Source of the DNA: Blastocatellia bacterium
GTDB lineage: Bacteria; Acidobacteriota; Blastocatellia; UBA7656
Assembly: GCA_963737945.1 (NCBI GenBank)
Contig: CAVTUR010000016.1
Location: 128,317-192,316, forward strand
DNA length: 64,000 nt
Direction of reading: 5' to 3'
In this document: positions 29,130 to 38,639 of the stretch, in pieces
Position numbering within the stretch: the first letter of the stretch is position 1
How the letters are laid out: the number at the start of each line of letters is the position of its first letter
Position numbers and translations under genes: made by a program
Notes under the pieces: model-generated
The model's database searches: none
What the model saw: the letters and a program-made list of their open reading frames with translations, nothing else
Told to the model about the DNA's origin: nothing

Positions 29130-30920
29130 CTATTTAGCAGGCCCAGTGACTTTTAGTTTTAGCATCGCGTCGCGATTCGCCTGCCCGTTTGATTCAACGG
29201 AGACTCTAACCGGCTCGACCAGCCAATTCGAAGAAAGGTATTCCTCAATCGCGCTCGCACGCTCGTCGCTGACTCCCTCTCGCTCTTTATTTCCGGCACC
29301 GATCGCGATCTCTACAGACAACGACGGATGTTGCTGAAGAGCCTGACCGGCGCGATCGAGTACGCTCTCGGCGGCAACGGTCAACTTAGCCTGATTGCGA
29401 CCGAAGGTTATTGGCCCAAACGAATCCTCGACTCGACTCATTGTTACCTGCGCGCTGGGATAGTCAAGACGCGAGCGAATATCATCCGCGAGCAGGACCC
29501 TGGCGTCCTGCTCGATGTCACGATCGCTCAGATAACCGATGTCGATCCGAACCGGTTCGGTCGGTCCGGCAGTGACCCGGCGGTCGAGCATCTTTGCCGG
29601 CGGAGGAAGACGGAGCGCGGTGAGACCCGAGTCGATAGCCTGTAACAGGCTCGATTGCAGCTGGGCAACAGAAGGCGGGGCCTCAACCCGTTTTTCATCC
29701 TTGGCCCTTGCGAAAAGCTCGCCCGAGGTAGTGGGGATTTCGACCAATTGGACCGCCACCGCGTCCTGAGCTTTATCGAGGCGCGCAGCTACCATGTGCG
29801 CATACTCAGTCCTCTCAGCGGCGGTAAACGGCTTGCTGGTAAACACCCGAACCTGAAGATTAACCTTGCCGTCAAGCTGCGCCACCGACAGCTGGTCGAT
29901 AAAGGAACGCTGTTGTCCGTCGGGGAGCTTTCCGAAACCTCGCTGCCAGAGTGCCGTGGCCGCCTGGCGAATGCGGTTTTCCTCCTGTTTCGTGCCGATC
30001 TCCAGCTTGAGTTGGTTGAACGATTGGGCGAGCGGGATGAGGATCACCAGGATTGGAATAGCAATTAGAACCAGTCGACCGGGCAGGCTGCTGATCCGCT
30101 TGATCGCGCCCGGTATATGGAGTCGCTTGAGAGCGTCTCGCAGTCGAGCGCTTTCGGGATCTTCGGCTCGCCATGCTTCGGTCGTTTCTTTAACCCCAAC
30201 TGTGTCGATGTGCAGCGCGAGAAACACAACCATTGCGGTGAACGTGATGGCCACCAGGTTGGTGAGAAACAGCAATCCACCTCCGCCCGCGATTCGCATA
30301 CCTTCGGCGCCGTTAACGCTCAACGCGAACCCGATGCCGTAACCAACGACGCAAAGTGGAGGCATCAGAGCGACCGCGATCGCCACGCCGGGAATCGACG
30401 TGACCACTCCCTTGACTTGCTTGCACGTCGCGATCGAACCGATGGCGCCCGAGAAAAATGCGACTACCAGATCCAGGGTGTTCGGTTGGGTCCGAGCGGC
30501 GATCTCATTTGTCATCTCCTTGAACGGAAGGAACCCTACCAACAAGACCGCAAAGGCGATCGCGACAAGACAGCTCAGCGCAAGATTGACAACAGACCGA
30601 AGACCCAGAATTACGTCTCCGGTGGCAAACGCCAGACCGGTGCTTAGGATTGGCCCCATCAGCGGAGAAATGAGCATCGCGCCGATTATCACCGCCGGAC
30701 TGTTCAACACGAGCCCCAGAGTGGCGATCCCGGCTCCAAAAAGAATCTGCAGCCAGTAGGTAACATCCAAGAGCGTAGCTGCATGCGACAGATCTTCGTA
30801 CAGCATTCTTTTGCGGTCTTCGTCCACGCCAAGATGATCCGCAAACCAATCTCGAAATCTGTTTACCAACTGAGTGCTGCTCATCATCTCTTGCCGGGCT
30901 TCACCCATGTTCACCTCCAA
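29130..30920 (-). CDS. DUF389-family polytopic membrane protein with long C-terminal soluble extension
   Basis: Hydrophobic core typical of DUF389/TIGR00341 (LLDVTYWLQILFGAGIATLGLVLNSPAVIIGAMLISPLMGPI). Confidence 0.55.
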   Translation of the reverse strand: MEVNMGEARQEMMSSTQLVNRFRDWFADHLGVDEDRKRMLYEDLSHAATLLDVTYWLQILFGAGIATLGLVLNSPAVIIGAMLISPLMGPILSTGLAFATGDVILGLRSVVNLALSCLVAIAFAVLLVGFLPFKEMTNEIAARTQPNTLDLVVAFFSGAIGSIATCKQVKGVVTSIPGVAIAVALMPPLCVVGYGIGFALSVNGAEGMRIAGGGGLLFLTNLVAITFTAMVVFLALHIDTVGVKETTEAWRAEDPESARLRDALKRLHIPGAIKRISSLPGRLVLIAIPILVILIPLAQSFNQLKLEIGTKQEENRIRQAATALWQRGFGKLPDGQQRSFIDQLSVAQLDGKVNLQVRVFTSKPFTAAERTEYAHMVAARLDKAQDAVAVQLVEIPTTSGELFARAKDEKRVEAPPSVAQLQSSLLQAIDSGLTALRLPPPAKMLDRRVTAGPTEPVRIDIGYLSDRDIEQDARVLLADDIRSRLDYPSAQVTMSRVEDSFGPITFGRNQAKLTVAAESVLDRAGQALQQHPSLSVEIAIGAGNKEREGVSDERASAIEEYLSSNWLVEPVRVSVESNGQANRDAMLKLKVTGPAK

Positions 30921-30991
30921 ACTCGACCGGAGCGCATCCCCTGATGTGCAACAACGCGCGCCCTTTCAGCTTCAAGTAACTACCTCGGTCT

Positions 30992-31879
30992 TCAAGAGCG
31001 GCGGTTATCGGCGTCGAGCTCTCTTGCTCCCGCTGGCTCAGGACTCATCCCGCTGCGGATGATGTTTAGTGTTTTATATGGCATGACGATCCCTGCCCCA
31101 TCCAGCGCGTTCTTTACCCGCTCCCGCAACTCGGCCGCGACGCGGATATGAACGCGTGCATCATCAAGCCACGCTCTCAGTTGCAATCCAACGAAGTAGT
31201 CTCCGAGCTTTGTAACAAGAACCTCCGGGGGAGGCACGCTTAGAAAACGGTCGTCACCCGTGATGATACCGAGAATTACACCGCGGGCCTTTCCGATGTC
31301 TTCGTTGACGCCCACCGAAACATCGATGTCCAGGCGCAGATGCGGCTCCATCGTATAGCTCTTCGTCACGCTGTTGACGAGTATCGAGTTGGGAATGCTC
31401 AGGAGCTTTCCGTCCACGGTGACTATTCGAGTAGCGCGAAGAGTGATTCGTCGAACCTCACCGTATTCACCGCTGGCCTCCATAAGATCTCCAACCACGA
31501 ATGGTTTATCCCAGAGAATTGTCAGCCCGGCGGCGAGATTTGCCATCGTCTCCTTCGCGGCAAACGCGAGCGCGAGGCCGAATATGCCAACACCCGCTAT
31601 CAGCGACGTTACGTCGACGCCAATCTGTTGAAGCGATGCCATCGCGCCAATCGCAAGTATCAGGTATTTCAAACCGATAGCGATAAAGCTTGCGGCGGTC
31701 CGGTCCAGGCCAACGCGTCTTGTAAGTCGCGCCACTAACCAGGCCACCGAGCGATAGAACAAATAGAAGGTGGCGAAAACGATCAATCCGAGAATCGCAT
31801 CGGGGACCACTCGCGCAGCCCACTCCGCGATCCGATCAGGATCCAGGAGTTGTCCGAGCCTTTCAAGTATTGTACGCAT
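30992..31879 (-). CDS. Small-conductance mechanosensitive channel (MscS family)
   Basis: MscS pore helix and beta domain (GIFGLALAFAAKETMANLAAGLTILWDKPFVVGD...VTVDGKLLSIPNS). Confidence 0.85.
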   Translation of the reverse strand: MRTILERLGQLLDPDRIAEWAARVVPDAILGLIVFATFYLFYRSVAWLVARLTRRVGLDRTAASFIAIGLKYLILAIGAMASLQQIGVDVTSLIAGVGIFGLALAFAAKETMANLAAGLTILWDKPFVVGDLMEASGEYGEVRRITLRATRIVTVDGKLLSIPNSILVNSVTKSYTMEPHLRLDIDVSVGVNEDIGKARGVILGIITGDDRFLSVPPPEVLVTKLGDYFVGLQLRAWLDDARVHIRVAAELRERVKNALDGAGIVMPYKTLNIIRSGMSPEPAGARELDADNRRS

Positions 31880-32127
31880 CAGTCACCTCAACATGCTTTC
31901 GGAGAAACACTAAACGAGTTCTGCGGCGTGCGCCAGACAGACATCGGCAAACAGACACCTATGGGTGTTATTAAGAAGTGCGACTCTTTCAGGAAACTCG
32001 ATACTATACCGATACGGCTCACCCCGTCAGGGGTGATACGCACAGGGGGACATTGCAATCCTCTTGCGGAGTGCGGCGCTGCGTGGCTCTCCGGTTCTGC
32101 CGGAATATCCAGATCAGCAAACACGTT

Positions 32128-32157
32128 TTGACTGTCCAAGCTGTCGCCTTATACAAT
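32128..32157 (+). promoter_or_regulatory. Candidate sigma70-type promoter for the acyl-CoA dehydrogenase gene (TTGACT-N16-TATACA)
   Basis: Sequence inspection only. Confidence 0.3.
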
Positions 32158-32203
32158 CCGCGCGACATCTTGATTCAACTCATACCATTGGAGGGACCAA
32201 AAC

Positions 32204-33361
32204 GTGGACGAACTCTTAACAAAAGATAACATTTACTACCGCGATCTTGCGCGCAGCATCGCCGACACTCACGTAAAACCCGTCGCCGCCGAACTCGACC
32301 GCTCGGGAGAATACCCCTGGAGCGTGATCAACGCACTAAAAGAACAGGGAATGATGGGGGTGTGGATACCCAAGGACTACGGTGGAGCGGGCGCCGGCTT
32401 GCTCAACCTCTGCCTCGTAGTCGAGGAAATATCTCGCAAGTGCGGGGGCATCGGTTGCACCTATGTCGTCAACGCACTCGGTTCGCTGCCGATCGTGATG
32501 GCCGGTACCGAAGAGCAAAAGAAGAAGTATCTGCCGGACATCGCTTCAGGAAAGAAGCTGATCGCGTTCTGCCTTTCGGAGAAATCCGCGGGTTCGGATG
32601 CGGGCAGTCTCACCACGCGCGCCGAACGCGACGGCGACCAGTACGCCATCACCGGCGACAAGAAATGGACGACCAACGGCGCGGCCGCGAGCATATACAG
32701 CGTCTTCGCGACTGTAAATCCCGAGCGAGGCACTCGTGGGGTGACTGCTTTCATCGTCGAGCGTGAAACACCGGGGTTTGAGCTTGGAAAACGCGAAGAC
32801 TTGATGGGTATCCGCTGCGTGCCTGTAAACGAGACCCATTTTCGAAACTGCCGGGTATCGAGCGCTGAGTTACTTGGCGGCGCCGAAGGACGAGGCTTCA
32901 AACACGCGATGATGACGCTTGATGTGGCGCGTCCGTTTGTCGCCGCTCAGGGTTTGGGTATCGCGCAAGGCGCTCTGGATCTGGCCCTCGAGTACACCAA
33001 GAATCGGCAACAATTCGGGCAGTCGATCGCTTCGTTCCAGGCGATTCAGTTCATGCTCGCGGATATGGCAACGCAGGTTGAAGCCGCACGGCACCTGGTT
33101 TACACGGCGGCCCGAGCGGTTGACGCAGGAGTGAAGGACGTATCGAAGATATCAGCGATGTGCAAAGTGTTCGCTACAGACACGGCGATGAAAGTGGCGA
33201 CCGACGCCGTCCAGTTGTTTGGGGGCTACGGCTACTGCCGCGACTATCCGATTGAGAAGTACATGCGCGATGCAAAAATTACGCAGATCTACGAAGGGAC
33301 GAATCAGATTCAACGAATGGTTATCGGCCGCGCGCTGATCAAGGAGGGCGCATCAGCCTGA
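32204..33361 (+). CDS. Acyl-CoA dehydrogenase (short/medium-chain type)
   Basis: GTG start with GGAGGGA SD; ACAD motifs throughout (GSDAGS, catalytic Glu context YEGTNQIQR). Confidence 0.9.
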   Translation: MDELLTKDNIYYRDLARSIADTHVKPVAAELDRSGEYPWSVINALKEQGMMGVWIPKDYGGAGAGLLNLCLVVEEISRKCGGIGCTYVVNALGSLPIVMAGTEEQKKKYLPDIASGKKLIAFCLSEKSAGSDAGSLTTRAERDGDQYAITGDKKWTTNGAAASIYSVFATVNPERGTRGVTAFIVERETPGFELGKREDLMGIRCVPVNETHFRNCRVSSAELLGGAEGRGFKHAMMTLDVARPFVAAQGLGIAQGALDLALEYTKNRQQFGQSIASFQAIQFMLADMATQVEAARHLVYTAARAVDAGVKDVSKISAMCKVFATDTAMKVATDAVQLFGGYGYCRDYPIEKYMRDAKITQIYEGTNQIQRMVIGRALIKEGASA

Positions 33362-33679
33362 GGAGCAAGGAGCAAGGAGCAGGGAGCAGGGAGCAGGGAG
33401 CAAGGAGAGTTGGTTGCCCTTCCTAGATCAAGGAGGGCGCGTCAGCCTGAGGAGCAAGGAGCAGGGAGCAGAGAGCAGGGAGCAAGGAGAGTTGGTTGCC
33501 CTTCCTAGATCAAGGAGGGCGCGTCAGCCTGAGGAGCAGGGAGCAGGGAGCAGGGAGCAGGGAGCAGGGAGCAAGGAGAGTTGGTTGCCCTTCCTAGCTC
33601 CCTGCTCCTTGCTCCCTGCTCCCTGCTCCCTGCTCCCTGAGTTGCTTGCCCTTTAGCTCCCTGCTCTTAGCTCTTTGCC
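33338..33679. repeat. Three tandem copies (89/82/89 bp) of the acd 3' end (last 7 codons plus stop) plus a GGAGCAGG/GGAGCAAG octamer array, followed by the complementary CTCCCTGC array that overlaps the actD stop codon: triplicated bidirectional terminator hairpin
   Basis: ATCAAGGAGGGCGC(A/G)TCAGCCTGA occurs at 33338, 33427 and 33509, each followed by octamer units and GAGTTGGTTGCCCTTCCTAG; inverted arm 33598-33679. Confidence 0.7.
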
Positions 33680-34134
33680 GCCATCTGGTCGATAGCAATA
33701 ACGATCTTCCCGTTGGCGACTTCTTCCTCGTAACCGGTTAGCGGCCTTCGCCTCAATAAGCGCGCTTCAAGAATCATTCGACCCAAAGTCACAAGTATGG
33801 CGCCAAGCGCCGCCAGCTCGAAGACGATTATTCCAAAGGCCCATGCCGACACAATCGGCATTCCCCCTGTCACAAGATCAACGCGCCGCGATGTCCAGAC
33901 CGTCAGCAGGATCGCGAACGCCGCCCCCAGCAGGCCGCCGGCGATCGCGAATCCCGCGATTCGAGTCTTCGGCGGGTGCAGCGTCTCAAGATGCAAAGGC
34001 TCCGATGACATGACCGTTATCGACGAGCCCGGCACACCTTCACGCTCGAGTTCGTGCAGCACGGCCACCGCCTCGTGTCTGGTGTCGCAAACTTTGAACT
34101 GTCGATCCGCCATCTTGTTCTCAGGCACTTTCAT
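33667..34134 (-). CDS. actD: ActD-like (DUF3341) two-TM subunit of an Alternative Complex III-like module
   Basis: 155 aa, two TM helices, positioned after the NrfD-like subunit as in ACIII operons. Confidence 0.5.
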   Translation of the reverse strand: MKVPENKMADRQFKVCDTRHEAVAVLHELEREGVPGSSITVMSSEPLHLETLHPPKTRIAGFAIAGGLLGAAFAILLTVWTSRRVDLVTGGMPIVSAWAFGIIVFELAALGAILVTLGRMILEARLLRRRPLTGYEEEVANGKIVIAIDQMAAKS

Positions 34135-35483
34135 ATTCCACGTCCGGCGTACCTACAATCGTCGGTTCGCCGTGTTCGCCAAGCGGCAAGCCCTCCTTGT
34201 ATTCCCACACCGCGATGATCGGAAACAGCCTCGTGAAAATCGCGTACAGCAAGACAAAGTAACCAAACGTACCGGCCGTCAACGTCAGCTCGACCCAGGT
34301 CGGAGCGTAGGTTCCCCAGCTGAAAGTAAACCTGGGCTGCGTAAGCGTCGGCACGATGATCAGGAATCTCTCAAACCACATTCCAATAACCACCAGCACC
34401 GACGCGACCATGGTCCCTTTGATCGTCCTGAATCGCTTTATCGCAAGCAGCGGCGCCGGAATGGCAAAACAGCAAACGACCGTTCCCCAGAACAACGGCG
34501 AGTACACACCGCTTATCTTCGAGTGAAACACAGCCATCTCTTCGGGCTGGTTGCCGTACCAGGCCGTCAGGTATTCGCCGAATGTGAAGTAGAACCAGAT
34601 CAGGCTCATGGTCAGCAGCAACAGCCCCAGATTGTTGAAGTGAATCGGTCGAAGATAGGCTTCGAGGTGAAACACTCGCCTGATAACCGCCATCGCCAGG
34701 ATCAATGCCGCGATGCCCGAGAAGATCGCTCCCGCTACGAAGTAAGGTCCAAACATTGTCGAGTGCCACATCGGGCGGATAGTCATCGCGAAGTCCCACG
34801 AGACGATTGTGTGGACCGACACCGCGACCGGGATGATCACCACGGCCATCACTCGAACCGCTCGCTCGAGCCGGTCCCACTGAAGCTGTGTTCCCCTCCA
34901 ACCGAGGCTGAACGCTCCGTACAAACGCCGCAACAACCCGCGCGATTTGTCTCTCAAAAGAGCGAGGTCAGGAATCAGCGGCAGATATAAATAGATGATC
35001 GAGCCGAGCAAATAGGTGTTGATCGCGAAGAAGTCCCACGCGAGCGGCGAACGAAAATTCGGCCAGAGCCCTCGCTCGTTTGGATAAGGCACCAGCCAGT
35101 AGAAGAACTGCGGCCGGCCGAGATGAATGATCGGAAACAACGCGCCGATCATCAGCGCGAAGACGGTGATGGCGTTCGGCGCAACGGGTAACGGGTCTAC
35201 GCCACTCGGCCCCGGTGACCCGCAGAATTGCTGAGATCAGAGTGCCGGCGTGCGAAATGCCGATCCAGAAAACGAAGTTGGTGATGTCCAGCGCCCAGAA
35301 GACCGGCCGGTTGATTCCCCAGACTCCAAGCCCTCGCGAGAACTGATAGGCGAGCGCTCCGGCGGCGGCAAGCACGATGAGCCCGCTCACTGCGACCGTC
35401 GCGTACCAGCCGCGCCCGGGTTTGTTCACCGGCCCGAGAAGGTCGGAGTTAATCTCGGCATCTGTTGGTCGTCGTTCCGACAT
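34121..35483 (-). pseudogene. actC: ActC/NrfD-like polytopic quinol-interacting membrane subunit, frame-disrupted (ORFs 34968..35483 and 34121..35152)
   Basis: N-terminal ORF carries FWALDITNFVFWIGISHAGTLISAILRVTGAEWRRPVTRCAE, then the continuation AITVFALMIGALFPIIHLGRPQFFYWLVPYPNERGLWPNF appears in the next frame; a 1-nt indel near 35165-35175 restores one ORF. Confidence 0.7.
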
Positions 35484-35507
35484 CAGCTTCCGGTGGAGAA
35501 GGAATCT

Positions 35508-35607
35508 AACCGCAAAGGAGCATGGAGTTCAGGCTTTAGCCTGGTAGTACGTGGATCAGGCAGGGTACTACCAGGCTAAAGCCTGAACTCCATGCTCCTT
35601 TGCGGTT
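35508..35607. repeat. Perfect 43-bp inverted repeat with 14-nt spacer between actB2 and actC; each arm contains the sub-palindrome CAGGCTTTAGCCTG
   Basis: Verified base by base: 35508-35550 is the exact reverse complement of 35565-35607. Confidence 0.8.
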
Positions 35608-35625
35608 GAACTTTCTCTACACAAA

Positions 35626-36333
35626 TCAATCACCCTTATTCAAATAGATCACTCTCGGTTTCGTTCCCAGGTCCTCGAGCAGCCGCATCGCTCGATTACT
35701 CCTGGACAGCCTCGACACTTCGCTCTCGGGATCGGCAATGTTTCCAAAATACATCGCCTTCGTCTCACAAGTCTGAACACACGCAGGCGTCACGTCGCCG
35801 TCACGCACATCGCGCCCCTCGTCTTTTGCTTTGTCCTCGCCTTTGCGAATGCGCTGGATGCAAAACGTACATTTCTCCATCACCCCACGGGTGCGCACCG
35901 ACACCTCCGGGTTCAGGGCTTTTTCGAGAGGCGCATCCCACACCGGATCGAAAAAGTTGAAGAAGCGCACCGTGTACGGGCAATTGTTCGCGCAGTAGCG
36001 CGTGCCGACGCAGCGGTTATAGACCTGCGCATTCAAGCCCTCGTCCGTATGATAAGTCGCGTAGACCGGACACACCGGCTCACAGGGCGCCTCCTCGCAG
36101 TGCTGGCAGAGCACAGGCATGAACTTGACCTTGACGTCGGGAAATTCGCCTTCGAAGTAGCGTTCGACCCGAATCCAGTTGATCGAGCGGCCCTTCGCGG
36201 CTTCCTCGGGTCCGACAGTGGGGATGTTGTTTTCGACGCGGCACGCGACGACGCATGCTTCGCATCCGGTGCAGCGATCGAGATCGATCACCATCGCCCA
36301 CTGAGGTTTCGGTGATTTGGGTTCTTGGGTCAT
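35626..36333 (-). CDS. actB: ActB2-like 4Fe-4S ferredoxin subunit (CISM family FeS protein)
   Basis: Multiple Cys clusters (CTGCEACVVACRVENNIP, CQHCEEAPC..., CRYCANNCPY). Confidence 0.8.
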   Translation of the reverse strand: MTQEPKSPKPQWAMVIDLDRCTGCEACVVACRVENNIPTVGPEEAAKGRSINWIRVERYFEGEFPDVKVKFMPVLCQHCEEAPCEPVCPVYATYHTDEGLNAQVYNRCVGTRYCANNCPYTVRFFNFFDPVWDAPLEKALNPEVSVRTRGVMEKCTFCIQRIRKGEDKAKDEGRDVRDGDVTPACVQTCETKAMYFGNIADPESEVSRLSRSNRAMRLLEDLGTKPRVIYLNKGD

Positions 36334-36424
36334 CTGGTTTCCGGTTCAGAGTTCTGGGTTCGGATGCCGGGTTCAGAGTTCAAGCTTTAGCTTGCTTCCG
36401 GAGTGCAACCTAGAAGTTGAACTG
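36334..36424. repeat. Intergenic tandem GGTTCAGAGTTC units plus palindrome CAAGCTTTAGCTTG (related to elements at 35508 and 39361)
   Basis: Seen directly between actB1 stop and actB2 start. Confidence 0.5.
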
Positions 36425-38560
36425 TCAACGCCACGGTTTGTTCTCCATCAGTTGCTGCAAGTCGGTTCCAAATCGAATTAACTCCCGTTTGTCGTCGCTC
36501 TTCACCACCCTTGCGCGCACTATGAAATCAAGTCCCGAGCCGCGCTCTGATGTTGGAAACAGCGGTGCCGGGTTAGCGCCGACATTCTTTGCGTATCTTC
36601 CGTAAGCCGAATGACCTTGACCAAACGGAATTGCCACGACGTCTGGTCTAATGGCTGGATACAACAACGCTGGCAAACGGACACCACCGGTTCGCGTTTG
36701 TATGTCAATGTGGTCACCTTCCTTGATCCCAAGCGATTCTGCTGTTCGAGGATTGATCTCAACCCAGGACCCCCACATCACCGAGGTCATCTGATCGGGT
36801 ATCTCCTGAAGCGCCGGTAGATTGGCGTGCGAACCATCGCCGTGTGAGGCGCTCTCATAGATGATTGCCGTCAACGGATACTCGTTGTCTTCAGCAAGAA
36901 GACTAACTGCCGGGAGCCTTGGCGGCGGCTCGTTGTCGGACCGATTCCTCTGCGCTTGTTTTGAACCCACAGCCGTCTCGATCAGGCCGCTTTCAATAAG
37001 CTCCTGCCACGCGGTGTCAGCATCCGCACGCCCTAAGGTCGCCACACTCTTAGAGACACTCTTCTCGACGATGTCTTTGGCCGACTCATAAGTTAGCGCG
37101 TTGGCGGCGTCGCCGCCGAGTTCCCGAGCGAGGTCGAGCAAGACATCTGCCGTTTGACGAGTGTTGTATTGAGGCTCGATCACCGGCTGGGTCAGTGAGA
37201 GGACCACGCCACCAGTTGTGGCACCTGTAGAACGCAGGTCCCATCGTTCAAAGTCGCAGTGGTCAGGAAGAACTAGATCAGCCAGCTCCGTCGTTTCATC
37301 GAGGAACGATGAGAAGCTCGCAATGAAAGGGATCTTCAAAATACCTTCCCGAACATTCGGCGTGACGAAGACCGGATTGAACCTATGGATCATCATCACG
37401 CGACGCTGCTGTAAGTTGAGTGTCTCTGGAAATCTGAAATGAGAGATTGTGGAAGGACGGCCAGCAGGCGCCAGCATCCGGAACGGACTGGACTCGTCGT
37501 CGCCCCCAGAACGGAGCACTCCACCGCTCTTGTTTGTGTTATCTACGATTCGGTTTAGCAGCATAGCCGCGCCCATCGCGCCAGGCGCTCCAATCGCCAA
37601 TGGTCGCTCCGCCTTCGCGAACTCTCGCGCAAGGCGGATCAGTTTCTCGGGCGGAATGTCGGTTACGGCGGCTGTGGCTTCAGGTGCGAACCGAAGGAGG
37701 TCGTTCGGCAGGTCGGTTGATGCCACGCCTTTCTGTAGCGTTTCACGAACGATCACTTGCGCCAGCCCTAGTGCGACCAGGACTTCGTTTCCCGGCGTGG
37801 GTGCGAGCCACTCGTCCGCGTTGCCTCCGGTTAAAGACATCCTCGGCTCTACTTGAATGAATTTTCCACGTTGCTTTCCAACGTGGCTTCGGAACTCCCC
37901 GTATGCGCGAGAATACATGACTGGCGAGTGCCATACCTCCAGAAAGCGCGCGCCGAATGAAATCAGGTAAGTCGCGTTCGCCAGATCAAATAAGGGGCCG
38001 TCAGGAAAAGGGTATGCGGAAGACGGGTCGTAGGAAAGCGGCCATACAGCATAGGCGTTCCTTCGAATTGCTTCCATCAAACGGTTACCCACGTGGGCGG
38101 TAATGCCTGTCATATCGCTTGTGACAAATATGGCCTCCTCTGCATAAGTAGTCCGCCGGAGCTCGTCTGCCAACGTCTTGATCGCCTCATCCCAACCGAT
38201 CTCCTCCCACTTCCCTTCGCCGCGTTCGCCAACCCGCTTCATCGGACCCTTGATACGATCCGGGTTGTAGAGCACTTCCAATCCCGCTTGACCCCGCGCG
38301 CATAGCGCTCCCCGATTCACCGGATGAAGCGGATTGCCTTCGATCTTGTTGGCTTTGTGTTCCCGAGTGCGAACGATGATCCCGCAACCGGCCGAGCACA
38401 TACCGCAGGTGCTTGCCTTCCAGTAGTCGATGCCTGGGACAAACTCATCGTCGGGGATCAGCGCTGGGATGAGCTTCTCTTCGGGATGCCCGCAGGCCGA
38501 CAGCAGCGAAGCGCTGGTCGCTCCGATGCCACCCAGGATTATGAACTCGCGTCGTTTCAT
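36425..38560 (-). CDS. actB: ActB1-like molybdopterin-oxidoreductase-fold subunit (Tat signal, lipobox) of the ACIII-like module
   Basis: MKRREFIILGGIGATSASLLSAC Tat/lipoprotein signal; 711-aa Mo-bisPGD-family fold. Confidence 0.8.
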   Translation of the reverse strand: MKRREFIILGGIGATSASLLSACGHPEEKLIPALIPDDEFVPGIDYWKASTCGMCSAGCGIIVRTREHKANKIEGNPLHPVNRGALCARGQAGLEVLYNPDRIKGPMKRVGERGEGKWEEIGWDEAIKTLADELRRTTYAEEAIFVTSDMTGITAHVGNRLMEAIRRNAYAVWPLSYDPSSAYPFPDGPLFDLANATYLISFGARFLEVWHSPVMYSRAYGEFRSHVGKQRGKFIQVEPRMSLTGGNADEWLAPTPGNEVLVALGLAQVIVRETLQKGVASTDLPNDLLRFAPEATAAVTDIPPEKLIRLAREFAKAERPLAIGAPGAMGAAMLLNRIVDNTNKSGGVLRSGGDDESSPFRMLAPAGRPSTISHFRFPETLNLQQRRVMMIHRFNPVFVTPNVREGILKIPFIASFSSFLDETTELADLVLPDHCDFERWDLRSTGATTGGVVLSLTQPVIEPQYNTRQTADVLLDLARELGGDAANALTYESAKDIVEKSVSKSVATLGRADADTAWQELIESGLIETAVGSKQAQRNRSDNEPPPRLPAVSLLAEDNEYPLTAIIYESASHGDGSHANLPALQEIPDQMTSVMWGSWVEINPRTAESLGIKEGDHIDIQTRTGGVRLPALLYPAIRPDVVAIPFGQGHSAYGRYAKNVGANPAPLFPTSERGSGLDFIVRARVVKSDDKRELIRFGTDLQQLMENKPWR

Positions 38561-38639
38561 GTTCTCGGTTCAGGGTTCAGGGTTCGGAGTTCCGGGTTCA
38601 GAACGCGGAACCACGAACCCGAAACCCGGAACTGGTTTT
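38561..38639. repeat. Intergenic tandem GGTTCAG(G) heptamer/octamer array with inverted partner (hairpin) between actA and actB1
   Basis: GGTTCAGGGTTCAGGGTTCGGAGTTCCGGGTTCAGAAC ... GAACCACGAACCCGAAACCCGGAAC. Confidence 0.5.

Noticed and set aside
33414-33656. 80-aa ORF with repeats EQGAGSREQGAGS
   Set aside because: Pure translation of the GGAGCAGG octamer array / triplicated terminator; no coding signal.
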